From assembly GCA_040902515.1 (NCBI GenBank), contig JBBDXB010000006.1, positions 404,763 to 468,762 on the forward strand: 64,000 bases of DNA. Direction: 5' to 3'. Within the stretch, counting starts at the first letter, position 1. The number at the start of each line of letters is the position of its first letter. Made by a program: the position numbers and the translations under genes. Of this stretch, positions 9,770 to 18,780 are shown piece by piece. Source of the stretch: Patescibacteria group bacterium. Lineage in GTDB: Bacteria; Patescibacteriota; SICC01. Under the pieces are notes generated by a model. It had not been told where the DNA came from, ran no database searches, and was given only the letters and a program-made list of their open reading frames with translations.

Positions 9770-11053
9770 ATGCGTATCTTCCTCACCATCCTCGAACTGC
9801 TGCTCGAACATCCGCTCCGGGCCGGACGGTGGGGTGTCCGGCAGCTGGACCGTGCCATCCTGGCACTGGTCGACCGGGCCGATGCGGGAATCGTCGGACT
9901 GGTACACGCCGTCGAACGCCGGACTCTCACGCTGACGGCACCGGCCCGCCGGGGCGTGCGCCGGATCGCGGCATGGACCGTCGCGCTGCTGCATAGGACG
10001 TGGCGGTGCGTCACCTGGCCGGCACGGGCCATGTTCCACGGAACCGTCGCGGTCATCCGTTCGGTTCACCGGACGGAACGGAATATCGTGCGGGCAATCC
10101 GTCGGACCGTGGACGCCGCCGCCGGGATGGCGGGTCGGACGGTCCGGACATTCGTCGGTGAAGTGATTTCGCTGCTGGGGGCGATCCTCGGTGCACCGGG
10201 ACGTCTCGGGAGGTCCCTGGAAGCACTGGTGCTGTACTGGATCACCGGCATCCGTCGCGTCGTCGAGGCGATCTTCGGACGGACGTTCGACTGGGCGCTC
10301 CGACCGATCCGAAAGCGCCAGGCCGCGCGGCTGCGCCGCGAGGCCGGCATTACCATGCCGATGACCCCCGACCACCACGCGCAACGGGAACTGCTGGCCC
10401 TGGCCGCCGGCGTCCTGCTCCTGGCCGCCGCCGGATGGCTGTATCTCGGCGGCACGGTGCCATCCGTCAGTACGATCGGAATCGGTTCCGGAATCTCGTT
10501 CGGGTCGGTGACCGACGCGGTGGCGGCGATGTCGCCGCTCCGGATGACGATCCTGGCCGCCGTCCTGGCACTGTTCGCCGTCGCCACGGTGTTCTGGGTG
10601 CGGATGCTTCGGGACAGTTACCGCCGGGAATACCCCACGGCCGTCGAGCGGACGCAGTGGCGGCTGGTAACGACCCTGCTCTTCATTCCCGGGGCGGTGC
10701 TCTACTTCTTCAAGCAATACAACCGTCTGCCGCTTCGTCGTTTCGCGGCCCGGCACCTGCTGTCATTGATGGTGACCGGCATGGCGGTGATCGTCGCATC
10801 CTCGACGTACGGGACCCTCTGGTACTTCAATCAGCAGGCCGAGGCCGAGGTGGACGGTACCGGCTACGCGGCCCCGAGTCTCCAGCTCGACCCCCGGGAT
10901 CGGGAGGAGATCCTCTCGCGCGACAAGTACGGTGCGCCGCTCCGTCGTGCGGAATCCGGCCGTTCCGACCCGTTCGCGCCGCTGCCGGGCGAGCAGCGGG
11001 AGGTCACGGACCCGGGTGCGTCACCGAGCCCGAGCCCGACGCCGGAATCCTGA
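9770..11053 (+). CDS. Hypothetical polytopic membrane protein with an Arg-rich amphipathic N-terminal region. Follows the PilN/PilO-like pair.
   Basis: The ATG is 1 nt after the PilO-like stop. About 200 aa of Arg-rich repeats come first (ILALVDRADAGIVGLVHAVERR / VRAIRRTVDAAAGMAGRTVRTFVGEVISLLG). Four predicted TM helices follow, then a Pro/Ser-rich tail. The antisense ORFs are low-complexity. Confidence 0.45.
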   Translation: MRIFLTILELLLEHPLRAGRWGVRQLDRAILALVDRADAGIVGLVHAVERRTLTLTAPARRGVRRIAAWTVALLHRTWRCVTWPARAMFHGTVAVIRSVHRTERNIVRAIRRTVDAAAGMAGRTVRTFVGEVISLLGAILGAPGRLGRSLEALVLYWITGIRRVVEAIFGRTFDWALRPIRKRQAARLRREAGITMPMTPDHHAQRELLALAAGVLLLAAAGWLYLGGTVPSVSTIGIGSGISFGSVTDAVAAMSPLRMTILAAVLALFAVATVFWVRMLRDSYRREYPTAVERTQWRLVTTLLFIPGAVLYFFKQYNRLPLRRFAARHLLSLMVTGMAVIVASSTYGTLWYFNQQAEAEVDGTGYAAPSLQLDPRDREEILSRDKYGAPLRRAESGRSDPFAPLPGEQREVTDPGASPSPSPTPES

Positions 11054-11627
11054 ATCGGCGATTAAAGGGACCGTAGTAATCGACCGCGTCGATCCGCGCG
11101 ACGGTCTGTCCGCCCGTGACGGAGACGGTCAGGATGGACCGGTCGCTGCAGTGCGACGCTTCGTATCCCGACTGGCCCGCAAGCTGCCGTTCACAGCGGG
11201 CGCCGGCGGTATAGTAGCCGCGGTATCCCGGGTCGGTGGCTTTCGAAACGCTGTATACCCGGTACGTTCCGGCCGGGACGGCCAGACGGTAGCCGAGTCC
11301 ATGTAAGAATCCGGCTCCCTCCGTGACTTCCGCACAGGCGGTGAACGGCCGGTCCGTCGCTTCGGCGCAGACCGTAAGGTCGGCCGGTGCGGAGCCCGCC
11401 GGATACGCCGCTGATCCGGTAAGCGTTCCTTCTGCCCCGGGCATCACCTTGGAAATGTCCTGGCCGGGCGCCAGGATTTCCGGAGAAGCCGCAGGGGGTG
11501 AAGTTGCCGATCGGCTGCCGCTCTCTCCAAGAATGAGCAAGGAGGTGCCGGCCAAGGCGACGGCCGCGAGGACCGCGGCGGCGGCAAGGACGTTCACGTG
11601 ACCAATACGGTTCCATAACATATGCAC
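11004..11627 (-). CDS. Hypothetical secreted protein (signal peptide, 4 Cys).
   Basis: N-terminus MHMLWNRIGHVNVLAAAAVLAAVALAGTSLLILG looks like a signal peptide. Convergent ~50-nt overlap with the upstream membrane-protein gene. Start uncertain. Confidence 0.4.
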   Translation of the reverse strand: MHMLWNRIGHVNVLAAAAVLAAVALAGTSLLILGESGSRSATSPPAASPEILAPGQDISKVMPGAEGTLTGSAAYPAGSAPADLTVCAEATDRPFTACAEVTEGAGFLHGLGYRLAVPAGTYRVYSVSKATDPGYRGYYTAGARCERQLAGQSGYEASHCSDRSILTVSVTGGQTVARIDAVDYYGPFNRRFRIPASGSGSVTHPGP

Positions 11628-11750
11628 TATGGTTGTCTGCTTATGTCAAGCGTATCGCCAATTGACAAAGCAGTCAAGCATTAGTTACGATCATAGAGCA
11701 AGGTTGCTTGCTCATTAACAAGCAGCGGACCCAAACAGAAAGGACGCGCC

Positions 11751-13052
11751 ATGATCGGAGCGCTCTTCCGTGGGCTGTTCTGGTTCACGGTGATGATGGT
11801 CGCTTTCGCGCTTATCGTCGCCGAGAGTCAGGCACAGCCCCCGACATACTTGCCGTGGGATTACGGCAAGACCTACCGCATCACGCAGGGAAACGGATAC
11901 GGCGGTCACGGATTTCCCTATAATCATTACTCATGGGATTTCGCGATGCCGACCGGCACGCCGGTCCGGTCGGCCGCCGCCGGCACCGTTCGCGAGGCGG
12001 GGTACGCCTTTGGCCGGGGTTGGGGCAACGTCGTGCTGGTGTGCTACGGCGACGGGACCTGCTCCCGGTACGCCCATCTGTCTTCGATCGCCGTCCGGGT
12101 CGGGCAACGGGTCGGCCGGTACGCGTTCCTGGGAAGGGTCGGCTCGACCGGCCATTCCTCGGGGCCGCATCTGCATTACCAGCTCGAGCGGTCGGGCCGG
12201 CGTGACGTGAGCATTCCCTCACGGTTCGTGGAGGCTGGAGTACCTGGTTCGTGGCAGTGGGTCACCAGCCGGAATCGTCCGGTACGGGCCGGGCTGACGT
12301 TCGGCCAGGCCAGGGTGTACTCCTCGCCGACGCTATCCGTGGCGGCGGGCGGCTCGGTACGTGCGGTCGTGACCGCGCGCTACACCGGCGGCTGGCGGGT
12401 GCCTTGCGGCCGGATGAACCTCGGTGTACGGGGTGACGGTCCGGCCCGCTTCGCCGACCATCAGGCCGGCTGGTGGCCAAGGTCGACCTGGCGCTATCCG
12501 AACCGGGTGGCCGCGGTGGATTGTCTCGGCTACCTTGATCCCGGTGAGTATGCGCGCTGGGACCTTCGGTTCCACGTACCGGAGGATACCCCGGACGGCA
12601 CGTACCTTACCGGCGTCTATGCGCCGGTCCATGAGGGCAAGGCCTGGTCCGCCCTCCGGATTCCGATCCGGTTGCGCGTGCAGGGTGCCTATCGTGCCCG
12701 GTACGTCGGCCAGTCGGGACCCCCGTCAGTCGCTCCGGGCGGCTCGGGAGCCGTGCGGTTCCTGCTCTGGAACACCGGGCGGGCGACGTGGCGTCGTGGC
12801 GAGGTAAACCTCGGCACGCGGGAAGACAGGAAGTTTCCGTTCGCCGATGCCAGCTGGGGCCGCCATGCCAACCGCCTGCTGCTGCACGAGCAGGCGGTAC
12901 CGCCCGGATCCACGGGCACGTTCGAGGGAACGTTCCGCGTTCCCCCAGGGACTCCGCCAGATCGGTATCGTCAGGACTTCGCACCCGTCGCGGAGCACAA
13001 GCAGTGGTTCGGAGAGAAGATCGGTATCTACATGGTCTTCACCGTGGAGTGA
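11751..13052 (+). CDS. Secreted M23 (LytM-type) metallopeptidase with two C-terminal Ig-like domains (NBR1-like, assigned from memory).
   Basis: Signal peptide. The M23 core reads YNHYSWDFAMPTGTPVRSAAAGTV...GNVVLVCYGDGTCSRYAHLSS...GSTGHSSGPHLHYQLE (HxxxD ... HxH). Two ~110-aa repeats follow (LLWNTGRATWRRGEVNLG...FEGTFRVPPGTPPDRY). Confidence 0.8.
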   Translation: MIGALFRGLFWFTVMMVAFALIVAESQAQPPTYLPWDYGKTYRITQGNGYGGHGFPYNHYSWDFAMPTGTPVRSAAAGTVREAGYAFGRGWGNVVLVCYGDGTCSRYAHLSSIAVRVGQRVGRYAFLGRVGSTGHSSGPHLHYQLERSGRRDVSIPSRFVEAGVPGSWQWVTSRNRPVRAGLTFGQARVYSSPTLSVAAGGSVRAVVTARYTGGWRVPCGRMNLGVRGDGPARFADHQAGWWPRSTWRYPNRVAAVDCLGYLDPGEYARWDLRFHVPEDTPDGTYLTGVYAPVHEGKAWSALRIPIRLRVQGAYRARYVGQSGPPSVAPGGSGAVRFLLWNTGRATWRRGEVNLGTREDRKFPFADASWGRHANRLLLHEQAVPPGSTGTFEGTFRVPPGTPPDRYRQDFAPVAEHKQWFGEKIGIYMVFTVE

Positions 13053-13233
13053 CGGGCAGGCACCCTTGAAACAAAAGCGAGGATCGCGCGGTTGGGGATG
13101 AATCGTGTCCGGCATGGGCCGTGACGCTACTCGTCCTCAGCCGCGCTCCTCGCTCTTTTTCCGATGTCCGCCGATCCGGTATGGCAGCCGGACGCGGGCG
13201 ACCCGCGGCTTCCCGGTTGGTACAATAGGAAGC

Positions 13234-14397
13234 GTGAAAGAAGCCCTGCGAAACATCTGGCGGCGGAAGACCCGTTCGGCCCTGACCATCTTCGGGGTGG
13301 GAATCGGCATCTTCGCGTTCGTCACCATGGGCGCCCTCTCCCAGAGCCTGGGCAAATCGGTCCAGGTCGGTATCGACTACTTCAGCAACCGCATCCTGGT
13401 CACCCAGGACAGCGGCGGTTTCGGCGGGCCGTTCGCGGTCGGTCCGCAGCTGCCGGCCAGCATCACCGAGCGGATCGAGGTGATCGACGGCGTGGAGCGG
13501 GCCTACCCGACGCTATTGCTCCTGGCGGAGAAGGGCGCGGACTTCTCGGTCACGTCGTCACCCGATACGATCCAGGGCGTGCCGCCGGCCGAGACCGCCA
13601 AGGACCGGTTCAAGCTCGAGATCAGCGAGGGGCGCGCGTTGCGGCCGGACGATACCGGCAAGACGGTGATCGGTTCGAACGTCGTCCAAAAGCAGGGGTT
13701 GGGCGTCGGCGACACGGTCGAGCTGCGCGGCAAGCGGTTCGAGGTCGTCGGGACTCTGCGACGGACCTCCGCCCGCCCCGATTCCTTTTATGTGGTACCC
13801 CTTGCCGATGCGGTCGAGCTCTCCCGGAACATCACCCAGTTCACGACCAGTACCGAAGAGTTGGTCACGAACATCAATGTCTTCCCCGAAGAGGGGGTGG
13901 ATTCCACCGTGCTGACCGAGCGGATCGAGTCGACGATCAGCGGCGTGGACGGCACCCCGCCCGAGCAGCTGCAGGAATCATTGGAAGAAGTGTCCGCCGT
14001 CTTCAACCTGATCGTCCTCGGCAGCGCGCTGCTCGCCATCCTGGTCGGCGGACTTTCCGTGATCAATACCATGGTGATGAGCGTCGCGGAACGCCGGAAG
14101 GAGATCGGCATCAAGCGGGTGGTCGGTGCCCGTGCCCGCCATATCATCCGTGAGACGGTCACGGAGACGGCGTTGATGGGACTGTTCGGCGGCGCGATCG
14201 GGTCTGCGGGCGGACTGCTGCTCACGAATATCATCAACGCGCAGACGCGGAAAGAGGGCCTCGAGCTCTTCCTGGTCACGCCGGAACTGCTTGCCGCCGC
14301 ATTCGGGTTCGCGTTTTCGCTCGGCATCCTTGCCGGCCTCTACCCGGCATGGCGTGCCACCCGGGTAAAACCGGTAAACGTATTGAGGGAATCATGA
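13234..14397 (+). CDS. ABC transporter permease of the FtsX/MacB type.
   Basis: VKEALRNIWRRKTRSALTIFGVGIGIFAF is the MacB/FtsX N-terminal TM1 signature. A C-terminal FtsX-like four-TM region follows. Start taken as GTG 13234, 8 nt after a TACAAT box. The track start at 13105 adds an implausible 43-aa leader. Confidence 0.75.
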   Translation: MKEALRNIWRRKTRSALTIFGVGIGIFAFVTMGALSQSLGKSVQVGIDYFSNRILVTQDSGGFGGPFAVGPQLPASITERIEVIDGVERAYPTLLLLAEKGADFSVTSSPDTIQGVPPAETAKDRFKLEISEGRALRPDDTGKTVIGSNVVQKQGLGVGDTVELRGKRFEVVGTLRRTSARPDSFYVVPLADAVELSRNITQFTTSTEELVTNINVFPEEGVDSTVLTERIESTISGVDGTPPEQLQESLEEVSAVFNLIVLGSALLAILVGGLSVINTMVMSVAERRKEIGIKRVVGARARHIIRETVTETALMGLFGGAIGSAGGLLLTNIINAQTRKEGLELFLVTPELLAAAFGFAFSLGILAGLYPAWRATRVKPVNVLRES

Positions 14398-15254
14398 TCC
14401 GGTTCCGCAAGAAGCAGGCGCCCAAGGCGACCGGCGGGAAGTTCTTCACCAAGCAGGAGACGAAGGACCTGCCGCCGATCGTCGAACTGAAAGACGTCCA
14501 TCGGAATTACCGGGAGGGCGCCCAGCCGGTGAAGGCGCTGCGTGGCGTGAACCTGGACGTAGGGCGCGGTGAGATGATCGCGATCATGGGGCCGTCCGGT
14601 TCGGGCAAGACGACGTTACTGAACATCGTCGGGCTCCTGGATACGCCGGATGCCGGCACCGTGAAGTTCGCCGGCGTCGACCTGGGGGAACTCAAGCGCC
14701 GGAAGGTGCCGGTGTTCCGCCAGAACGAAGTCGGCATGATCTTCCAGCAGAAGAACCTGATCCCATCGTTGACCGCGTTCGAGAACGTGTACCTCCCGTT
14801 CCGTTACGCGCGCGGTAAGCGTTCCCAGGGGCGGGAACAGGCGCGCGAGGCACTCCGGCTGGTGGGGATGCTCGAGCGCTCAGAACACCTGCCGCATCAG
14901 TTGTCGGGCGGTGAGAAGCAGCGGGTAGCGGTCGCTCGGGCCCTGGTGCTTTCGCCCGCGGTGGTGCTGGCCGACGAGCCGACAGGGGAACTGGATTCCG
15001 CCAACAGCCACCACGTGATGGAGCTGCTCCGCGAACTCAACCGACGGACCGGCCAGACGTTCATCATCGTTACGCATGACCGGTCGGTCGCGGACGTCTG
15101 CGACCGGACGCTGCACATGGAAGACGGGAAGATCAAGGAGACGACGCGGAAGCGACCGGTGCAGAAGGCACCGGAGAAGGCCTCCGCCAAACGGCCGTCC
15201 GCGAAGCGTCCTGCCGCACCCGTTCAGCGCGCCGGAAAAGCGAGGAAGCGCTGA
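14394..15254 (+). CDS. ABC transporter ATP-binding protein with a Lys/Ala/Pro-rich C-terminal tail.
   Basis: Walker A GPSGSGKTT, signature LSGGEKQRVAVARAL and Walker B VLADEPTGELD are present. ATGA overlap with the permease stop. Tail: KRPVQKAPEKASAKRPSAKRPAAPVQRAGKARKR. Confidence 0.85.
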   Translation: MIRFRKKQAPKATGGKFFTKQETKDLPPIVELKDVHRNYREGAQPVKALRGVNLDVGRGEMIAIMGPSGSGKTTLLNIVGLLDTPDAGTVKFAGVDLGELKRRKVPVFRQNEVGMIFQQKNLIPSLTAFENVYLPFRYARGKRSQGREQAREALRLVGMLERSEHLPHQLSGGEKQRVAVARALVLSPAVVLADEPTGELDSANSHHVMELLRELNRRTGQTFIIVTHDRSVADVCDRTLHMEDGKIKETTRKRPVQKAPEKASAKRPSAKRPAAPVQRAGKARKR

Positions 15255-15472
15255 TGTTCGGCTACTCCTTCCCGCTGCTCTTCGGCCGGTTGTTCGGCGT
15301 GGGGCTCTTCGTGCTCGGCCTGATCTTTCTCAAGCGGTTCCGTCGTGACGACGATCCGATGCTGGTGCTCAAGAGTTCGTTGAAGAGTCCGTGGGTCTGG
15401 TTCTTTACCGTCCTGGCGTGGGTCGCGTTCGCATTCGAGATCATCTACCTCCAGAACCAACCGGTGTCGTAA
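15254..15472 (+). CDS. Possible 72-aa two-TM microprotein coupled between the ABC ATPase and murD.
   Basis: TGATG overlap with the ATPase stop and TAATG overlap with the murD start. Two hydrophobic helices. No homology recognised. Confidence 0.35.
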   Translation: MFGYSFPLLFGRLFGVGLFVLGLIFLKRFRRDDDPMLVLKSSLKSPWVWFFTVLAWVAFAFEIIYLQNQPVS

Positions 15473-16854
15473 TGGAGCGTCGCCCGGCGACGGTCACGGA
15501 AGTCCGTGGACGACGGGTCGCCGTGCTGGGCCTCGGCGTGGAGGGAACCTCCGCGGCGCGGTGGCTCTTGCGACACGGCGCTGAAGTCACGGTATGTGAC
15601 CGGCGAACCCGGACGGCGCTCGGGCCGGTCATCCGCGAGCTTGTCGGGCATGGGGTCACGGATTTCCGGCTCGGCCCGCGGCACGCGGATCGGTTGACCG
15701 ACTTCGACATAGTTATCCGGACTCAAAGCCGTCCGTATCGTGACCCGCGGATCCAACGGGCGATACGCCGCGGAACGACAGTCACCTCGGTAACCAAGCT
15801 CTTCTTCGAGCGCTGCCCCGCGAAAGTCATCGGCGTCACGGGAACCAAGGGCAAGGGCACGACCAGCTCCCTGATCGCAAGGATGCTCAAGGCGGCCGGT
15901 AAACGTGTCTATCTCGGGGGCAACATCGGCATGTCCCCGCTCGATTTCCTGGACCGACTCCGGAAAGGTGACCACGTGGTGCTGGAGCTCTCAAGCTTCC
16001 AGTTGCAGGACCTCACGCAGTCACCATCGATCGCCGTGGTGACCAACGTCACGGCGGACCATCTCGATCATCACGCGAGCGTCCGTGAATACCGGTCGGC
16101 GAAACGCCCGATCACCAGGCACCAGCGCCGGACTGACTTGGCGATCCTGAACGCCGACGATCCTGGCAGTCACCCGTTCGCCGGAGACCCCGGCCGGACG
16201 AGCTGGTTTTCGACCCGTCGCCCGCAGCCACGGGGCGCCTGCGTCCGGGACGGCTGGGTGGTCGTCCGCGGTCGCCGGGTGCTTCGGACCGCGGACATCG
16301 TGGTGCCGGGAACCCACAACCTCCGGAACGTCCTCGCGGCGAGCCTCGCGGCTGACGCGCTCGGCATCGGACCGCGGGTCATCACGAAGACCGTCAGGCG
16401 CTTCCGGGGACTCCCGTACCATTTCGAGTATCTCGGGACCAAGCAGGGAGTGCGGTACTTCAACGATTCCTACGCGACCAATCCGACCGCGGCCATCCCG
16501 GCGATCGAAAGTATCGATACTCCGTTGGTGCTGATCGTGGGCGGTGCGAAGAAGGGCCTTTCGTACGATGGGTTGGCACGGGCCATCCTCGTCAAGAAGG
16601 TCCGGGCGATCATTACGATTCCGCCGGAGGGCGCGCGGGTCGCGCGGGCAGTCAGGATCGCGGCCCGACGGTCGGGCAAGCCGGCTCCGCGGGTCGTCGG
16701 TGCCGTGCGTAAAGGCGATCTGGTGCGGTTGGCCCGGCGTCATGCCGAACCCGGCGACACCGTCCTGTTTTCCCCGGCAGCGGCCAGCTTCGGCTGGTTC
16801 CCCGACTACACGGAGCGCGGACGGTACTTCACTGAACAAGTGAAGGGCCGGTAG
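15472..16854 (+). CDS. murD: UDP-N-acetylmuramoylalanine--D-glutamate ligase MurD.
   Basis: N-terminal Rossmann RVAVLGLGVEGTSAARWLLRHGAEVTVCD. Mur-ligase P-loop VIGVTGTKGKGTTSSLIARML. Start taken at ATG 15472 (MERRPATV) rather than the track start. Confidence 0.8.
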   Translation: MERRPATVTEVRGRRVAVLGLGVEGTSAARWLLRHGAEVTVCDRRTRTALGPVIRELVGHGVTDFRLGPRHADRLTDFDIVIRTQSRPYRDPRIQRAIRRGTTVTSVTKLFFERCPAKVIGVTGTKGKGTTSSLIARMLKAAGKRVYLGGNIGMSPLDFLDRLRKGDHVVLELSSFQLQDLTQSPSIAVVTNVTADHLDHHASVREYRSAKRPITRHQRRTDLAILNADDPGSHPFAGDPGRTSWFSTRRPQPRGACVRDGWVVVRGRRVLRTADIVVPGTHNLRNVLAASLAADALGIGPRVITKTVRRFRGLPYHFEYLGTKQGVRYFNDSYATNPTAAIPAIESIDTPLVLIVGGAKKGLSYDGLARAILVKKVRAIITIPPEGARVARAVRIAARRSGKPAPRVVGAVRKGDLVRLARRHAEPGDTVLFSPAAASFGWFPDYTERGRYFTEQVKGR

Positions 16855-16943
16855 GCGACGGAGCGGAACCACGTTGCTCAGCCCCGACCAACTTGCTTAT
16901 TCGCAGGGCCCTCGATATGCTACGGTGTCGTAGGTAACGAGCG

Positions 16944-17579
16944 ATGACAAGCGAACAACTGACCATCCTCTTCGGTTCCAAGACCCGCGTGAAGCTCCTT
17001 CGCCATTTCCTGAAGGATCCCGGGCAGAAATACTACGTCCGCGAGCTGACGCGGATGCTGTCGGACCACATCAACGCGATCCGGCACGAGCTCGGCAATC
17101 TCGAGACGGCCGGCCTGGTGACCAAGAAGAAGAGCCAGGGCAAGCTCTACTACCGACTGGACCAGTCCGCGCCGGGGATCAGCGAACTGCGGCTGCTGTT
17201 CGCGGAAGAGCCGAACCGTCCGGCGGAGCATGAGGAGGTCGCCCAGCGCCAGGTGCTCGGGACGCTCCCGGGTGAACCGACCCCGCCGCCATCGATCGGC
17301 AGCGTCAAGCTGCTGGTCCAAAACGGCAAGTTCGTCAGTTCCAAGGAAGCCCCGGCCGACCTCTTGGTGGTCGGCGAGCCGGACGAGGACCTCTTCTCCG
17401 ACTATCTCAAGGGACTGCAGAAGAAGCACGGCGAGATCCGCTACACTATCATGAGCGAGACGGAGTACGCGTACCGCACCCAGTTGTTCGACCGGTTCCT
17501 GACCCTGATGCTTTCCGATCCGAAGAAAGTCGTGATCGACGAGCTCAGCGTCCAGATGCGCCAGCCGGTCAAGTACTGA
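16944..17579 (+). CDS. Winged-helix DNA-binding protein (ArsR/MarR-like N-terminus) with an uncharacterised C-terminal domain.
   Basis: KTRVKLLRHFLKDPGQKYYVRELTRMLSDHINAIRHELGNLETAGLVTKK is a typical wHTH. A TTGCTT-N17-TATGCT promoter-like element lies at 16896-16924. Confidence 0.55.
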   Translation: MTSEQLTILFGSKTRVKLLRHFLKDPGQKYYVRELTRMLSDHINAIRHELGNLETAGLVTKKKSQGKLYYRLDQSAPGISELRLLFAEEPNRPAEHEEVAQRQVLGTLPGEPTPPPSIGSVKLLVQNGKFVSSKEAPADLLVVGEPDEDLFSDYLKGLQKKHGEIRYTIMSETEYAYRTQLFDRFLTLMLSDPKKVVIDELSVQMRQPVKY

Positions 17580-17606
17580 TTCTGGCCCCGGCGGCCGTCA
17601 TCTTCG

Positions 17607-18032
17607 CTACAGCGTCAGCAGGTACCCCGCGGCCACCGCGGTGATTGCGAGCTGCGGCCAGAGGCCGTACCGCAGCGGCACCTCCCAATGGAGCTTGCCG
17701 TGGAAGCGCTCGTAACCGCGGAGCCAACGGACCCGGAAGAGGAAGCGCACGCCGAGGATGATGTCCGGAACCGTCCCGGCGAACGCCCCGATCGCGATCT
17801 CCGGCCGGTCCGGGAACGCGAACCAGAGGAAGACGGCCAATGCCTCGGCGATCACGAAGTCCCCGATCACGAACGCATAGAGTGCCCTGGAACGGAACGG
17901 AAAGTTCGGATTCCAGTGCGGCACGACATCGCCCGCGAAGTGCGAGGCGATCGCCGCCGGTGCCGCCGCGACCGGGTTGCCCGTCGCCGCCCCGACCGCC
18001 GCTCCGATGACGCTGTGCGGCGTCTCAAGCAA
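17607..18032 (-). CDS. Membrane-bound metal-dependent hydrolase-like protein (DUF457/YdjM-like). Start uncertain.
   Basis: Hydrophobic protein with an N-terminal SHFAGDVVPHWNP-type H/D motif. The track ORF overlaps the upstream gene by 95 nt. A TTG at 18030-18032 would give an 8-nt overlap, hence low confidence on the start. Confidence 0.45.
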   Translation of the reverse strand: MLETPHSVIGAAVGAATGNPVAAAPAAIASHFAGDVVPHWNPNFPFRSRALYAFVIGDFVIAEALAVFLWFAFPDRPEIAIGAFAGTVPDIILGVRFLFRVRWLRGYERFHGKLHWEVPLRYGLWPQLAITAVAAGYLLTL

Positions 18033-18735
18033 GGTCGGACCGTGCGGTGCGGGTGAGCATGATGTACGAGAGCAACCGGTGGTCATGGTTGCGCCGCGAG
18101 GAGAACAGGTTCTCACCATGGAACGTACACCGTGCGTCCATCTCGATCCGCCGCACGCCGACGGACCCCGCCTGCTCGGTGAGCACCCCGACCAGGGAGA
18201 AGAGCCGCTTATCGCCGCGGGTGCTGAGATGCTTCTTGGCCTCGGGGTATCGCTCGAGCAGTTGCAGGTTTCGCTCCGACATGGTGTAGCAGGACTGGCA
18301 GATGTGCGGTCCGAAACGCACCGTCAAGTCCTCGGGACGGATCTTGTACTCGCGGCGCATCGCCCGGACGGCGCGGGGGAAGACCTGCTTGAGGGCTCCC
18401 GCCATGCCGGCGTGCACGATCCCCACCGCCTCCGGGGATTCCAGGAAGATCGGCACGCAATCGGCGGTCCGGACGGTCAGCAGCACGTCCGGACGGTCGG
18501 TGATCAGGGCATCCGCCCGGCCGATGCCGCCTTCCTCCGTGTCTCCGACCGGCACCACCTGGGCGCCGTGGACCTGCTCCAGCCAGACCACGCGCCGCGG
18601 GGCCTTGCCGTGCCGTCGCGCGAGCAGGGCGGCCAGGCTGTCGAGCTGTCGGGAGAGCCGGTCCACGTGCCAGTTGCCGTCGGAGCGGCTGGTCGTTCCG
18701 GATATCACGTGGCCGGTTGCGGTCGCGATCGTCAT
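18025..18735 (-). CDS. pgeF: PgeF/YfiH-family (DUF152) purine nucleoside phosphorylase / peptidoglycan editing factor.
   Basis: MTIATATGHVISGTTS...ADALITDRPDVLLTVRTADCVPIFLESP...VGIVHAGMAGALKQV matches YfiH motifs. The track ORF (478 aa) continues upstream as antisense of the MBL gene. The true start is taken as ATG 18733-18735. Confidence 0.75.
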   Translation of the reverse strand: MTIATATGHVISGTTSRSDGNWHVDRLSRQLDSLAALLARRHGKAPRRVVWLEQVHGAQVVPVGDTEEGGIGRADALITDRPDVLLTVRTADCVPIFLESPEAVGIVHAGMAGALKQVFPRAVRAMRREYKIRPEDLTVRFGPHICQSCYTMSERNLQLLERYPEAKKHLSTRGDKRLFSLVGVLTEQAGSVGVRRIEMDARCTFHGENLFSSRRNHDHRLLSYIMLTRTARSDLA

Positions 18736-18780
18736 GTACCCACGATACATCACCGTGATTCCGCGATATACTGGATAGCG

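Noticed and set aside
13164-14153. 329-aa alternative-frame ORF inside the permease gene
   Set aside because: It is a +1 frame of the FtsX-like permease. The translation is Arg/Gly/Pro-rich.
18736-18780. ATCACCGTGAT palindrome in the pgeF/MBL divergent intergenic region
   Set aside because: It is short (5-bp arms) and not significant on its own.
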